From: Asterias rubens
Taxonomy: Eukaryota
DNA length: 64,000 nt
Assembly (NCBI RefSeq): GCF_902459465.1
Contig: NC_047066.1
Location: forward strand, 20,832,001 to 20,896,000
Reading direction: 5' to 3'
Part shown: positions 62,541-64,000 of the stretch, in pieces
Position numbering within the stretch: the stretch's first letter is position 1
How the letters are laid out: each line of letters starts with the position of its first letter
Position numbers and translations under genes: made by a program
Notes under the pieces: generated by a model
What the model was told of the DNA's origin: nothing
The model's input: only the letters and a program-made list of their open reading frames with translations
Database searches by the model: none

Positions 62541-63033
62541 TGTGGCGGTTTCAACTTTCCGCCGTGTTCAGTTTTCCGAATGACAAAATACAGTAACATT
62601 ACGTCATGCGATGCCTGCGCACAGCAAGCAAAAGTAGTCAATTTTTAGTGCTGTATTGAGTCATCCGTATTACTCTCCGGTAGCTGTAGTCATGGCGGCG
62701 TCCACGAGTACAACGAGCGGCGAACGCGTGGATCGTATGAGAGAATTTGGTGTGGCACAAGCAATGTGACCTGCTTACAGCTGTACGCATGAATACGTGT
62801 AAAGATGGGGCAAGAGAATGTGACTAAACAGAAAAGAATCGTAATAATAAACAATTTGGGGTCACTGAGAGAACTACAGTACTCGCCAGGGTACTCGCGG
62901 CTGTATTTTTGTCTGGCTACGTCACCCGGAAAACTGAACACGCCGGAAAGCTTAAACCGTTCCAACAACGTGGTGAAATGTCCGGCTACGTCACCCGGAA
63001 AACTGAACACGGCGGAAGACTGAAACCGCCACA
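62541..63033. mobile_element. Second Ginger-like MITE family (TGT..ACA, CCGG TSD)
   Basis: CCGG|TGTGGCGGTTTCA ... TGAAACCGCCACA|CCGG. A related fragment lies at ~16519-16660. Confidence 0.7.
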
Positions 63034-63713
63034 CCGGCTCTTCTCAGAGCCAACACTCACACAAAAGAGATTTAAATGTACACATGGTTGTACCTGCAAG
63101 ATTGCTATAGTTTTTTCCTACAAGGACGTTGTGTATAGTTCTACATGTACGTGGCTTGTGTACAGTGCCAAGTGTTGTAGTGATGTACTACATAATTTAC
63201 TATGATCTATAATTAACCAAGGTGGTGATATTCCATCATACAGTAGTACTACAGATGTACAGTGTATCTTACAATACAACAATCAAGTGTTGAAATAAAA
63301 TAGTAGTGTGTTCAAGTGTTGTATTTCAAGCATACGTGTGTACATTGTATGCTGGCAAAGCTGTCCTGAATGCGAGTGCAAAATTATGCAATTAAGAACA
63401 AACCCTCAATTGGTAGAGTGCTGTTAAACATTGACTCAATACCATACAGTGTATTTATAATTTACCTATTGTAGGTACATGTAAAGGCAGCATAAATAGA
63501 TCACCTTGGTTACAGCACACTGTACAATCATTGGGCTGAATGTGATACTACAAAACGCATTACACATTTCGATGTCTTGTGTAAACACTCCATCTGTTAT
63601 TTTGATATAGACCTTTCGGTTGTTAGTAAACAAACTGCCCTGGTTGGCACTGATGACCAAATGTTGGCACGAATGGAATGACCAAATGATGGCAAAACAT
63701 TGAATCTTGTTAA

Positions 63714-64000
63714 AGGCAGTGGACACTATTGGTAATTACTCAAAATAATTATTAGCATAAAACCTTACTTGGTAGCGAGTAATGGGGAGAGGTTGATAGT
63801 ATAAAACATTGTGAGAAACGGCTCCCTCTGAAGTGGAGTAGTTTTCGAGAAAGAAGTAATTTTCCACAAATTTGATTTCGAGACCAAGTTTAGAATTTGA
63901 GGTCTCGAAATCAACCATCTAAACGAACACAACTTCGTGTGAAAAGGGTGTTTTTTTTCTTTCAGAGTTATCTCGCAACTCCCATGACCAATCGAGCTCA
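63714..64000. mobile_element. Kolobok-type MITE family A copy running off the right edge
   Basis: TTAA|AGGCAGTGGACACTATTGGTAATT. Further partial or variant copies occur at ~8615-8790, ~14425-14520, 18444-19570, ~22090-22226, ~46275-46390, ~49450-49645 and ~62075-62440. Confidence 0.8.

Overview
Intron-rich, AT-rich animal genomic DNA. It is probably a marine invertebrate deuterostome such as a sea star, which is an inference from gene structure and repeat content. I reconstructed six protein-coding loci by hand from splice sites and frame continuity. (1) Exon 1 of neurofibromin NF1 (-, 1310-1369); the gene runs off the left edge. (2) An intronless 921-aa polytopic membrane protein (-, 4300-7065) that I recognise as a colinear homolog of plant NO EXINE FORMATION 1 (NEF1). 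(3) A 3-exon GPI-anchored Ly6/quiver-like protein (+, 14343-16502). (4) A 13-exon, 694-aa type-I membrane protein with 10 EGF modules and a tyrosine/PY-motif, tandem-repeat cytoplasmic tail (+, 22866-34120). (5) A 17-exon, 680-aa SLC8B1/NCLX Na(Li)/Ca exchanger with two U12 minor introns, one of them AT-AC (+, 36235-49329). (6) A 5-exon, 147-aa CXorf65/C22orf15-family gene (-, 51723-56447). Non-coding DNA is full of MITEs (Kolobok-type with TTAA TSDs, Ginger-type TGT..ACA with 4-bp TSDs), tRNA-derived SINEs and LINE fragments. There are also several Penelope-type minimal hammerhead-ribozyme-like motifs, including an 8-unit tandem array at 21.36-22.10 kb. The most notable signals are the animal NEF1-like gene and the hammerhead-motif repeats. 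Homology calls come from remembered family sequences and need database confirmation.
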